64,000 nt of DNA from Marsupella aquatica (taxonomy: Eukaryota; Plantae; Marchantiophyta), in the NCBI GenBank assembly GCA_973895155.1, contig OZ316899.1, positions 13,271,934 to 13,335,933 on the forward strand, given 5' to 3'. Positions 46,700 to 59,130 of the stretch are shown here, one piece after another. Made by a program: the position numbers and the translations under genes. Each line of letters opens with the position of its first letter. Position 1 is the stretch's first letter. The notes below the pieces were generated by a model. It was not told the origin of the DNA and ran no database searches. It saw nothing but the letters and a program-made list of their open reading frames with translations.

Positions 46700-48725
46700 G
46701 TGGTATTTTTAGGGGACTTTTACTTAGGAATAGTTTAACTTGGGTATTGGGTTTAGGGGTTGCATGATTGAGTAGCACTTTGTGCAGTTTTTTAAAATTA
46801 GGGTTAAATGTGAGAACTAGTTTGATTAGGGGTATATATAGGGGTACATAGGGCATGGGACCCAAGAATACTTGGGCCTATTTTTAATTAGGGTTTAACG
46901 GTTTTAACGAGGGGTATGTAGGGTGTGCATTATGGGGATAGGTTCTAGGGGGGTCCAAGATTACTTTGTTTGATGCTAATGGGATTGTAGGTTTGGGATT
47001 GTGAAATGCTAGGAAAGGGAGTCGGGTCCTATTGGACCATCCGAGAGAGAATTTGGCAAAGAGGGATGGACCCCGCGCTCTTAAGCGCCACCTTGAGGAT
47101 GAGTTGGGAGAGGTTTGTGTTCCCCCTAGGTTATGATTTTTTTTTTGGTTATGGTGAATTTGTTAGAATTTTGGAGGCAACCACTAATTTAACAACAATT
47201 TAATCCTAGCTATGTGTTGCACAGGAGGAGTCAGGATCAGATGGGGAGTCAGGTGGGGCAGGTGATGAGGACACAAGTGATGAGGACGCAGAACCCTTAG
47301 AGGATGCGGCAGGGTCAGCAGGGGTGGCCACAGTTACCCCTATCCCTCACGTCCCTCATGTTGCCCCCACATCAGCAGAGGGGGCTGGTTCACATGATGC
47401 TGATGGTGTGGGCTCCCATCATTCAGCAGTATCACAAGGTGGTAGGCCCGGGCCCTCACGAGGTTGTAGAGGTCATGTGGGACCAGGCCATCGCTCAAGA
47501 GTATCCTTTGAACCAGCTGGCTCTCCACGACGAGGGACTAGTGACATGCAGGATGGTGGTTCTAGGGGGCGAGCGCCATCTTGTGAGTCTGGAGGGAGTA
47601 CAGCACGGCACAGGCCCAAGACAGCACATGCAGGCCCAACATCCCATCACTTGCGTAGGTCTACCGGAGAGGGTGAGGGCTCCTTTCACTCTGCCATGTC
47701 TGGGGGTGGTGGGACATCTGTCTTTCCTGAGCACCCTAGTGGGTGCATCTAGTGGTTCAGGGTCTAGGCCGGCATCAGGCCAACCCTCGGGCCAACCCAC
47801 GCCATCCGTTGAGCAGGTGGCTGCCACGGCTGTGGGAAGCCACCGACATGAGGGCTCTCGTGCTCCCAAACCTGTACCCCCCCCCCCCCACACTCTCGCC
47901 CAAAGAAGAAGAAGGGACGCAACACACCTTTTTAGAGGTTAGTGGTATGTAGTGTCCGATAGCTTTGATTAGAGGTACCACATAGCATAGGCTAGTTAGA
48001 GCTTTGTTCTGGTGTTTCATGGCCAGAGCCGTCACGGGCCATATGGGTCTACTGCTTATCTAGGCCCATTTCATTTGTACATATTGGGGTGTTCCCCATT
48101 CTGAAACTTGATATTTAATTGAACCACTAGCTTGCTTTGACCCCGACTTTAACCATGTTGTTTGGACCCTATTTTGTCAATCTGACCTTGAACCCTAAAC
48201 CTAAACCCCCAAATGATTGATCCCATGAATCTGATATTCCACCCCCATAAACCTTAAACACCCATTATTAGTCCGTTGATCCAGCTCATATCCAATAACA
48301 TACCCTAGAAAATATCCAATGTAACTGACTTTGGACCCCTCCTCCGAATGTCCGATATTCACTATCGCAATTTGCGTTACATAAACTTATGGATGTTCTG
48401 ATACCAAACGCTATGCAAAATCTGATAAATTTAGGGTCGGTATCCCACACAAAATACATTGGACGCATGATATTCACTTGCGGTAGCATCTTAAGTATCC
48501 GATGACATCAAAAACGGACACAAATAGTCCAAAACAACCGTTAACGGATCTACCAATGGGCATAGCAATGGAATGTCTGATAGGTGTCCAATTGTTCATA
48601 TCCGATATGTGAAGTATGGGAAAGTGCAAAGCAAATGCTATCGGACGCCTCAATTTTCCGTGTCAGATTTTTTGAAGGGGTCCGATGTGGTTAGGATTGG
48701 AAAAGGGGCCAAAAATGTACTAGTG
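46700..48725 (+). mobile_element. 3' end of a different CACTA family (5' end not found; left boundary approximate)
   Basis: Ends GGGGCCAAAAATGTACTAGTG (reverse complement CACTAGTACATTTTTGGCCCC). ATCCGA/TCGGA subterminal motifs at ~48290-48700. Low-complexity exon-like relic at ~47225-47942 ending in a PKKKKGR-like stretch. Confidence 0.55.
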
Positions 48726-49689
48726 TCTACATTTCAAAGGTTTGCTGATCCATTGAAGTTGAGTCAACTTATACATGTCTATGTATTATAGACCCTGAAG
48801 TGACGTTTTTGCCCCACCATTTCCTTTGTGTAAATTGAGATTGAATGTTGTGTACTTTGATGCTTAGAGTCATGTCATGGTAATCTTGTACGCGTCAAGG
48901 ACGCTTGGCCAAGTGCACTATTCAAATTGTGCACGGGGTGTGAGTTGTGGATACCTGTTGCAAGCCTAGGTTGGCGCCCGTATCATTGGAGCCACAAAAT
49001 CAAAGGAGCACTATACAAGGCTTAGCAGCCCTTAAGTTGGGGTTGTCACCAACTATTGACTAAGGGTATGTTCAGGGGGTGGAACACAAAGTTGGGCACA
49101 AAGTGTATCTTAGATAAGTATATATATATTGTTAGTTAGTTAGTTAGTTATGCCCGCTGAGCACTATTTTAGGTAAATAATTGCGGACTACACGTCCCTC
49201 CTTTCCTGAAACTTGATACTAACAAAGCTTGTGTCATATTTAGAGTAGAATCTGCTTAAAGGCTAAACTTTTGGTGTGATATAGCCCTTGTTTTTGGTGT
49301 TAGATGGATGGGGTATTGTTAGTTGTTAAGAGAGTAAAGCTACATGTGAATTGAACACTTTTGGCGATAGTAACTATGATGGTGCTCTGTGAGTTTTCTA
49401 GGTAGCAATGGGGATAGCAGATGCCTGTTACTTGTTCACAAGCAGCATATTTGAGGAGGTTGAAGGCAGAAAGAGAAAATGAGTCATCAATCAGATCCAA
49501 GTCATTGGAGTCAGACAAGTGTACCTTGTCACGCTGCCATATGAGGAATCCGTTGGGACCAGCTGGGCCTGGACCAACAACACCTCTGCCAGCACCAGCG
49601 CTAGTGCTTGTTTCTCTAGTTTCTCCCGTAGGTGCACCAGCCCATCTTGTGATATCAATGATGCCGGGACACACCCTGTGTTTGGACGA

Positions 49690-51005
49690 GTAGCACAACC
49701 TTAGTAGCCTCAGGTCTCACAAAGATCTTGATTTCATTATTGTCCTTTCAAGGATTGTCATGGGGACAATCGGGACAAATGGTTGCATGAATTCAAGGCT
49801 ATGGCCAAGGCAAACGGGAAGGATGCCATGAATCTTACCATTCTCCTTGGGTAAGGAGAGGCCAGACTTGGTTCAATTTGTTGCAGCCAGGAATCACTTG
49901 GCCTCAATTTCAAACCGCCTTGTTACAGGAGTTTTGAGCTATTGGAGCCAAGTCCCGGTCTTTGCTGAAGATTGACCATTTGCGCATGGGGAAAAATGAA
50001 TAACTGCGCATATTTATTCAGAAGTTCCAAAAGATTGTGGCCAAATTTCAGCCAAAACCAGAACAGGCTCTCCAGCTCACATGGTTCTTGCATGGACTGC
50101 CCACGGATATGCAGTTTTGGGTTTGTCAAAACAATCCTATCTCAATGGCCCACGCAAACACAGCAAGGCCTGCCCCAGCGGGACTCGCGCCAAGTGACAC
50201 AGTTGTATAGATGATCACCATGGAATGGCAGGACGAAACCACCGTGTGTGTCAACTTGGTTGATGTAGCGAAGACTTTGGATCCTGCAAACAAAGCCGGA
50301 TGTTACCCCGTATCAACTAGAGGTGACCGCAGACAAGAGAAGCATGATGAGAACCATAGAAGGAAGCAAGACACCACATCTGTGCCCGATGGTCATGATA
50401 TCACCACAAGAAGATGATGACTATCATCAAGATGATCCAAAATTATTTTAGCCCCAGATTGAAGAGTTAGTCAAGTAGCAGCTAGAAGCCTATGAAGCCA
50501 AGAAAGCACTTGACAAGGATCTGAAGGTGGCCAAAGCCACTCAGAAGGAGGAGCAAGATAAGCTCAATGAAGGAAACCAGAAGCTCCCCATGATCGATAA
50601 GAACAAAGACTACGATGTGCATTAGGATGTGAAGAATTGTCCAGCCAGTGCTATGGTGGGCCAACTCTTGCAGAACAGCCCGCACTGTTGCCAACAACTA
50701 AGGGAGTTCTCGACAAGGCAGAGACAGAGAGGCTACCCCGAATAAGCACCACCGGTATTGTTACATGATCTGTGATCTAGGGGTGTCCACAATTCTATCA
50801 AAATCAAAGGTTGTATGAAGTTAGTGCTTGTGTATGGCGGAGCAAGAGTCAATGTCATGACGGAAACTTTGTCTATAGAGCTCAGCTACATCACACATCA
50901 ACCCACAGCCCAAATATTATGTGGTTGACTAATGGATCTTTAGTGATGCCCTTGGGCACGCTCACTAAGGTCCCAACTTGGGTAGGAGGAGTGTTCAGAG
51001 TGAGT
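49690..51005 (+). pseudogene. Highly decayed gypsy-type gag-protease relic
   Basis: Fragmentary translations such as DKWLHEFKAMAKANG (gag) and GGARVNVMTETL...LTNGSLVMPLGTLTKVPTWVGG (protease-like). Confidence 0.55.
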
Positions 51006-51758
51006 ATAATATAGGCTTTGTTTGCTGGTTCTCTTGCCGAAGTCAATATAGTGGTGCAGGCTTCCTGTCGTGGGTAGTGTAGACTATGCTGGTGTATTAC
51101 TTTTGGTACGTTTCCTACCTTATTGCTTACAGGCCTGAGTTTGCAATGTGTTGTATACACTTGCTTCGTACTTGTAAGTAGGACTACCAAAAATAATTCT
51201 TGCCAGTAAAGAGCGTCTATGGAAGATGCAAACAGGCCTCTTGAGATTCTCCTAGTTAGGGAAGCAGACCTCTTGAGATTATCCTAGTTAGGAAATCCGT
51301 TTTTCCAGGGAACATCGTGTCTCGGCCAAAAGTGGTCAGCAACATATTATCGTTAAGAATGGATTGCATAGTATTGCTATAAAACGTTGTTGTCAGTTTC
51401 CACACTTGAGTTCCGAGGGTTACCTCTGTGTACGAGGATGACATAAGGTAATCATGTGACATTTACATAGTCCCTCCAAACATTTAGAACAAAGGTTTGA
51501 ATGCCTTACGGGTTCGTTCTCGAGGCCCCAGAGATTCATAAGCGACCAACAATAAGACTTAGCAAGCCTCATCCCAAGGAAATACAGGACAACAACTGCA
51601 GTCAAGCACTGTCTAGCCCTCTTGATCCAGTCTGGTCCCAGACTCTCCACAAGCTCCCATTCTTCATTTAATAGATCGGAAGCAAAGGACATATCACTCA
51701 AACAGTCCACCGTCTCATAAGTCGTAACAACTTTCAAAACCTGCATTTGGCGGTAAAC

Positions 51759-54595
51759 CTAAACTGGAGCAACATGTTGGCCGCCACGAGACGGGACACC
51801 ATTCCGTGGGGCCAGATTGCCACCTCCGCGCCTCGAGGCACGATTACCATTCCCAGATTGAGTATCCCTGTAATTATTGTCAATACTGTTGACTCCGACG
51901 ACTCCGCTTCCGTTAGTTCCGACAACGCCATTTAACCCTCCCCCAAAATTGCCACTGCCACTACGCACTGGACCAGTCCCGCGACCCTTGAATTGGGTTT
52001 CCCTGTCTCGGTCCTGCCCGGGTCCTCGACCACTTACCGCACGTCCTAATGTGCCCCGCCCTCGCATACCCTCACTACGAAAAGACCTATCACTGCGCCC
52101 TACCCCAGGTAGGCGCCCACCCCTGCCACCAGCTGCCATCACAATCAGGGATAAGACTCTACACATGATAATATCAGCCGCATTGGAGATAAACCCGCAA
52201 GGACAACCTTTCTTGTGCTTTTTCTCAAATGTTAAATGCCTTACATACCTCGTGGACCCATTGGTCTCTTCTCCTCGATATGAACTGGGCGGCCACCAAT
52301 AGATATAGGCGACGACTGTGGTAACAAACGAAACCGTTTTCAAAAGATATAGAATTGCCACACAACTACCCAAACTCAACAAATCTGGCAACCTTCAGCA
52401 GGCTATAGTCCTAATTCAACGAATATTGACCAGTACATTCTAACTCCACCAATTGCCTGGCCCAATCCGGCAGGTTTTTCAGAAACCTAACAAAGAAGAG
52501 CTGTGCATACCTCAATTGCCGTTTGAGCTGACGCACTGTCTTCGAACTCGATAAAAGCATAGCATACTCCTTGCTGGTCACAGGAAAATGTTGAAATCAA
52601 CAGAGTCAGGTTATGAACCAAACGGTGGTTGAGCAGCAGTGGTTCACGCTAGTGAAATTCTCTTATTTTCGTACCTTTTGTGTCTTAACATTCATCCCTC
52701 CAGCTTTTATGAGGCCAAATTTTCCAAATTCTTCTTCCAACTGAGAAGTGGAAATGCTCAATGGCAAGTTTTTGACATATACAGACTGTCCATCGGCCAG
52801 AAAGAGGGAACCTGAAGAGAAACAATAAAACATCATCAGCACGACGAGTTCGGTAAATACTTTACGGAAAGAATATTTCGGGTGGAAAGACATCAAAAGA
52901 TTAAAAGACGAACACTCTCACTGCTTCCATATGTCGTCTACCCACCGTCACTCTCAATTGGAGAGATCTCTTCGGGTATGTCTTGGCCCGAGGTCACAAA
53001 AGTGGGACGAGATGAATATGACGCCTGACGATCAACTGAAGGAGCTGTAACATTGGGAGAAGTAGTATATGTCGTGGACGGAACAGTAGATCCTGCGTTC
53101 TCCTTCATCCGTAGCTGCGAACAAAAATGCATATTCGTTAGACACTTCTGAGAGACTCGTATAGAAGAGACAAGTTCGTCGAGGAGAGGCCGTGATGAAA
53201 AGCATATTCGTTAGACACATCTGAGAGACTCGTATAGAAGCGACAAGTTCGTCGAGGACAGGCCGTGATGAAAAATATTGTACTCGAGAGCCCCATCATG
53301 ATATCACTATCATTTGTGACGTATACAAATGTGAGTTTGCGAGGAGCGGCTCACTATAGATGCATAGCTGACAATAGAAGCGTATGACTTCTTTGGGGCT
53401 TCTTCCGATGTCTCCTCAGTGGAAGGGACAGGACCCGAAGGTGCTGCCATTGGGGAAGGCGGCTCGTCAATTACTGGAGCGGTCTCCACGTGGCTCGAGA
53501 CCTCGATAGAACTATCATTTTCAGCTTCCAAAACTTCAACCTGCTCTGTGGCCTCGAAGATTTCCTCCACCATCGGCTCCACCTCTGGAGTAGGGGTTGC
53601 CAACACTTCTCTTGCTTCGTGCTCGGAAGGCGAAGATGGCTCTGAAATAACGCATCCATTAAATGACAAAATCAAGTGCTACACTGGCAGCAAAACCTTA
53701 ACAGCAACCTTAACAAGATCATCATCAGTGTCGCGTAAGTAAAACATCCGCTTAACCAAACTGAAAAACAACAGGGGGTGCAAGTACCTAGTTCTGTCAA
53801 GACATGGCCGTGAGTTGGCACAGGTAGTCCATTAGCGGCCACAGGCGCCGGCTTGCATGTCTGTGACTCGTCCTCGTCCAGATAACGGAAAATGTCATTT
53901 AGTACAAAATAACCCTTCTCCTGCGGGGCCAAGAAGAAGCTTTGTACAAAGTTCCTTCTGCCAGTCAGCTTCTTGTAGAGAGAACCAGTCACCATTACAA
54001 GTACCCCACCTGTGAGCGAATCCTGAGAGTCGACAGTGATGATCTCCGCCTTGAAGTCGCCGTAGTCAAGAGCCATGACCTTCTGATGGATCTCCTACAA
54101 CCATCAAAAAAGTTCAGATAAGCATGTAGAACCCTGGACGCGTGAAACAGCCTTGGAAATAAAAGCGGATTTCACGTCTGCTCAGATAGTCAGCATGTGA
54201 GGGGGGAAGAAGGAAGAGGGAACAATGATAATCCAGAGCCAACAAAGTGCCGAAACCCTCACAGATTGTGAAATCACGGAGTCAACTGCCCCATCAGGTC
54301 CTGCCTCAGCCCGGGTGAGTCTACTCGCGTCGGTGTAAAACCGATGCACGACCTGGGGAGACTGGTGTAAAACGTTATAATACTGATTAACGAAAGCATT
54401 TCCGACCTACATCCAACAAGAAAGCGAACAAAGGAGGAGGAGGTCAGTTACGTCAGACCAAAGATGAACCTTCACAGTTCCGCTAACTCACAGATCCTTC
54501 TAAAAATGGCGGGGGAAATTGGAAAATATAGTTAGCCTTACGACATGCGCAGCGGCAGGGAGAGCAGAAGTCATATTGCCGGGCTGACCTGCCAT
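51759..54595 (-). CDS. G3BP-like / NTF2-RRM-RGG RNA-binding protein, about 9 coding exons
   Basis: Exons 54542-54595 (MAGQP..HV), 54263-54406 (VGNAFVNQYYNVLHQSPQVVHRFY), 53788-54094 (FVQSFFLAPQEKGYFVLNDIFRY), ~53373-53641 (KKSYASI), ~52946-53114, ~52675-52811 (SVYVKNLP), ~52511-52573 (CYAFIEF), ~52249-52315 (IGGRPVHIEEKR) and an RGG exon to the stop at 51759. GT-AG introns. Confidence 0.95.
53129..53274. repeat. 73-bp tandem duplication in a G3BP intron
   Basis: GCATATTCGTTAGACAC.TCTGAGAGACTCGTATAGAAG.GACAAGTTCGTCGAGGA.AGGCCGTGATGAAAA twice. Confidence 0.9.
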
Positions 54596-56518
54596 TGGTC
54601 CTGCATCAAACCAATAGCCAGATACGGTAAGCGTATATCTCGTGAGGAACTATTGGCTGTTCCTCGCAAAGTTGCTAAACCCTACCACGCCGGTCAATCA
54701 TCCATGAGGACACACTCTCTGTAACATAAAGTAGAATCTATCTCATCACCTGCTGAAAACTGATCCAAGAATGTCTTGTTGACAGTTGACGACAGGGTGC
54801 ACTAGGACACGAATAACAAATTCCAATACAAATCCCACTCCGAAAACAGTGGGGCTCTTCCTGCGGTGAGATGCAAGAGAAGGGGAGGAAAGAGCTGAAC
54901 AGAATCTTAGTTAAAGCACCGACGTAAAGGAAGCATTCTCGACCGTAATTTTAAAACGTCTGCTCAACATATCTGCTAGAGGAAAATAGAGGTAAGTGGA
55001 GACAAAACATAGAGCGAAAGTCTTACGCACTTGACTTCCCTTGGATGGTCTCCTTCGGTCAAAAGAAGGCCCTACTGAGTCGCTAGCTTGTCTCTGGAAA
55101 AATAGAGGAGACAGCGATACACATGAACGACGAGTGAGGCCTCGAGAAGAAAACATTTGCATTCACGAGAACGATTGGCCTCCGCAAACTACCCTAGCTA
55201 GCCGTAATACAAAGATCGGCACGAGAAAAGCAACCACCTACACGAAATCTCTGTCACCCGGGTTATTATGCTACGTTCTCCTAATGCGTCCAACTTTGAA
55301 GTGCCAGATTTCGACACAGAGTTCGCCACGATTTGACAAAGTTCGTCGGCACGTCACAAACAAAATTGGGATCCAGTTTTGTGGCACTAATTCGTGATCC
55401 GACCATACGAGAACGCCTAACTGAGCCCTCTCGCAGGCAAACAGAGGGAGAACGCTAGAACGCTTACTGTTCGTCAGAGAAGGAATTTTAACACCTAGCC
55501 TGATGGATGCAAAACCTTCCCAACAGCGCGATCAATAATATCGATGTTCAATAATGCGCCATTAAGGACGAGTGTACACTTAAGTCGGTTTAACAGAGGA
55601 TTAGGGAATCGCGCCCACAAAACGGGCAGCGTGAGCTTTGCTACTAACGGCCCCTCATTGCCTGCCCCCATCGCAATCAGAATGCTCGTCCCTACCACCC
55701 ATCCAGGTTGCCTCTCAGGTCCAGAAGTTGCTTGCACACTCTTTCAATGAGACCCGCCATAGTCTCATCCTCTAAGTGTAGTTAGTAGCGTTAGTAGCAG
55801 TCAATTTCATTGACAACTTTGGGTACTGGCTACACATCTAGGATAATGACGGGACATCTAGGATAATGACAGTCCAGTTGACCGTTACTAGGTTGTAATG
55901 GAACAACCAGGTTCTGACACAATTTTGTGACTGCGGTAGATGGGAGCAACTATGGAGGAACCGGTACAACGTAGGAATGGTCGGCCGAGATTGTTATTAA
56001 CATACAAAATTATGGTTTTCAGGTCATGTTACCGGCTACAACCTAGACCAATTAGGAATGTCGATGCAGTTCAAGTAGTGGTAGCGGGGTAAAGAATATT
56101 AGAGCATCTCCAGTGGTCCTACCTTAACGCCCGTAAATGCCAAATATTTAGGATGGCGGTCAAATATGGAGACTTGCACCTCCCACCGGTGCCCCGTATC
56201 CCTAAACTCATGGTGGCCGACTAGCCAACTTGGCTACACTGGCCGCCAGTTTTGGCATCATTGGAGGTCGCAAGACAGACCTGCCATCCTGCCCCCCATT
56301 GTAATTGACGGACCGCACATCACCACGCGTCATCATCTGGAAATGACCCTCTCCGTGTTTAACCAGACACGGCAAGTTTCAAAATGTATGAATCACCCAC
56401 AACACTGTTAAATCATGACTTTTTTACTGTGTACCTTGAATGTTTGTGCACTCTGCACAGTACATTCCTCGTGTGCTCTTGATAGACATCCAATTGCAGA
56501 CATCAACACTGTAGGATC

Positions 56519-57560
56519 ATGGCAACCATCCGTGGGAAAAATCATACAAAAGAAGAATTGAAGCAACTTTGCTACAGCGTACTTCATGTCTCTCAAGACC
56601 CGTGTGTAGGGAATGGAATGCAAGCTAAGAAGTTTTGGGACCAGGTATTTGAACACTACGAGAAGAACAAGCCGCACGGGAGTGAGGTGAGGGGGAAGAA
56701 TCACTCGAAGGCAAGTGGCATGACATCAAGCACGATGTCTCCAAATTCATTGGGTGTTTTCAACAAGTAGATTCACGTCAGACTTTAGGGACCAACGAGG
56801 CGGATACATTGAGAGTTGCAAAGGAGTTATACAAGGATAACCATCCAAAGCACAGGATTTTTCATTTGAATCTTGCTATTTCATTTTGAAGGACTGCCCT
56901 AGGTGGAGCAATCCAACCGACGATATGGCAAAGGGGAAGGGCAAGAAAAAGGTAGCAGCAAAAGGTGCAGAGAAAGATAAGGACAACTCAAGCCCAACTC
57001 CAGAGGTTCTTGAGACATCAGACGATGACATTGCAGCACAAGCAGCTGATGACTATGAGTCAGGATCAGCGAGTAGGAAGAGACCTACAGGAAATCAAAG
57101 GGCAAAGGAAGAGATAAAGCGAATGAAGCCCCAAGAAGATGCTCTGAAGATGATAGCGTTGGCTAAGAAAGAGATGGCTGTTGCCAATGTGCAACGTGCT
57201 CCAGTAGCTGAAAACAATTCAAGTGTGGCATTACTTTCATTACCTACAAATAACCTGACACCATAGTTGCAAGCTTTCATTACCTACAAATAACATGACA
57301 CCATAGTTGCAAGCTTTCATGGAGGAATTGAAGCTGGAAATTGCCATCAATTTGAAGCAAAGAATGCAGCAGCATATAGATGTCCAGCCAATTCTTCAAG
57401 TGACACACAATCCATTGCCAAGCGTTTGACAGCCGGTATTCCCAATGCCAATGCCACCTCCAAATGTTGTTCAGGAACCAGAGGAGTCAGAGGATGAAGG
57501 GGACGAAGTAATTGAAGTTCCAGTTGGGGAGCAGCCAATGAACCAAGATGATTTTATGGC
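56519..57560 (+). pseudogene. PIF ORF1 (Myb/SANT-like, NAM-associated), decayed
   Basis: EELKQLCYSVLHVSQDPCVGNGMQAKKFW, LKDCPRW, RPTGNQRAKE. Confidence 0.8.
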
Positions 57561-58820
57561 AATGCTTGAGCAGACATAAGTTTAGGTAGAAATTCGCTAG
57601 CCAGACTTCATACAGGGGTAGCTTTGGTGCAGCATGAATCACTCTTGTAAAATTGGATCAATTTAATATGAGGAAATTTTTGTGCTTCAGGCATTTCATG
57701 GCATTGTCGTGTAGGACTATTTATACATTCCAACAAATCTGCATTGTCGATTTTCCGCATACCTATCCACTCACACAAGACTGATAATTAATCAAAAAAA
57801 TTCCAGAACATGGATTGTATTACAACATTGTCACATCTGGTTTACAAAAATGCAGCCACCCTTAGGCCTGCCTTCGCAATTTTGAAGTACATCCTACTCT
57901 ATGTATGTGTTGCTCTCTATATCCGCCAATTGAAACATTGGGACTGTACCAGCTGAAACATTGAAACTTGCAAAAACAAAACCTGCTCTACAACAGACAA
58001 CTTGTGTCCCCAATCAGTCCAGTCCCTCCACTTCAGTCTGATGGCCATCACCAATTGTAAATTTTGCCATCAAATTTGTCATCTTCACCATTCTCTGAAT
58101 CAGAGAGTTCCACCCTTGCCCTCCTCGCACATCGAGGCTTCTTCCTCATTGCCCGATTCTTCTTCTTCTCCATGCCTGTTTGGGGAGGAGGAGAGGGAGG
58201 TGCTTCCTCTCTTGCAATGACCACTGGGAGCGATGCAGTTGCATCAACCTAGGTGGGAGCAACATTGGGTGTAGGATGTGGAAGTGAAAAGTCCTGCCTC
58301 TTGTGCTCATCCATAGCTCGGATTGGATGTGCCATAAATAAGACTGGGGAGGAAATTGCTCTTCCAGTACCCAAGACAATCACCCTCTCCCTCCACAACG
58401 TCAAGGCACAATTGCCTCTAGGCAGCAAATGTCAAGGTACAATTACCTGTAGGCAGCCAAAGGTCGAGGCACAATTGCCAATTGGAATGCCTCACTAGAA
58501 TCCTCATTACATAATGTATACAAGGGTTTGCAGCGAGCATTGGCTCCACCTGCATGAATAGAAGCTCATGGTGAAAACGTGTTGGCAGTCCTACACAAAC
58601 ATAGAATGGGACTCACCTGTCATGAAGCTTCGTTCATGTTGAAGTGACCTGTCTAGCTTGCCATCTCATGTGAATCAGGACACAATGCTGGACACAATTG
58701 ACATGCCCTCAATTAAAGATGGTGACACAAACAAAGTTGGGCACAATTGACTGTATTCCCTAAATTAATGATGGTGACACAAATGAGACACTCACCCCAA
58801 GGTCAATTATCAGCATAACC

Positions 58821-59130
58821 TCAGCCCCTTCGATGCCACAACTGGTCGATTAAATCATTTCTCAAGCGAAAATGGTTTTCTTTTTTGTGAATTTCCCTAT
58901 TGGCCTCAAGGAATTCAAGCCAAGGCATTAACCCTCGTCTCACATTTGGTGTCCTCACTCTCAGATATGGAGAAAACTCTTCACCTCGTTCATCCTCCAA
59001 TATCATATTGTGGAGGACCACACATGCCATGAGAATGTGAGTCAAGTTTGACTCATACCAAGATCTTGCAGGCCTCTTGATAATTTCAAACCTGGCTTGG
59101 AGCACACCAAATGCCCTCTCAACATCTTTC
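58821..59130 (-). pseudogene. PIF/Harbinger transposase C-terminus
   Basis: KDVERAFGVLQARFEII..PAR.W...ILMACVVLHNMILEDE...HFRLRNDLIDQLW. Confidence 0.92.

Larger units (their letters stand above)
56102..59130. mobile_element. PIF/Harbinger DNA transposon, left part, interrupted by copia
   Basis: TTA followed by the GAGCATCTCCA TIR; Myb/NAM-associated ORF1 on +, convergent transposase C-terminus on -. Confidence 0.85.

Noticed and set aside
47304-47942. Overlapping 212-aa and 142-aa ORFs as host genes
   Set aside because: Low-complexity, frameshifted relic within a probable CACTA end.
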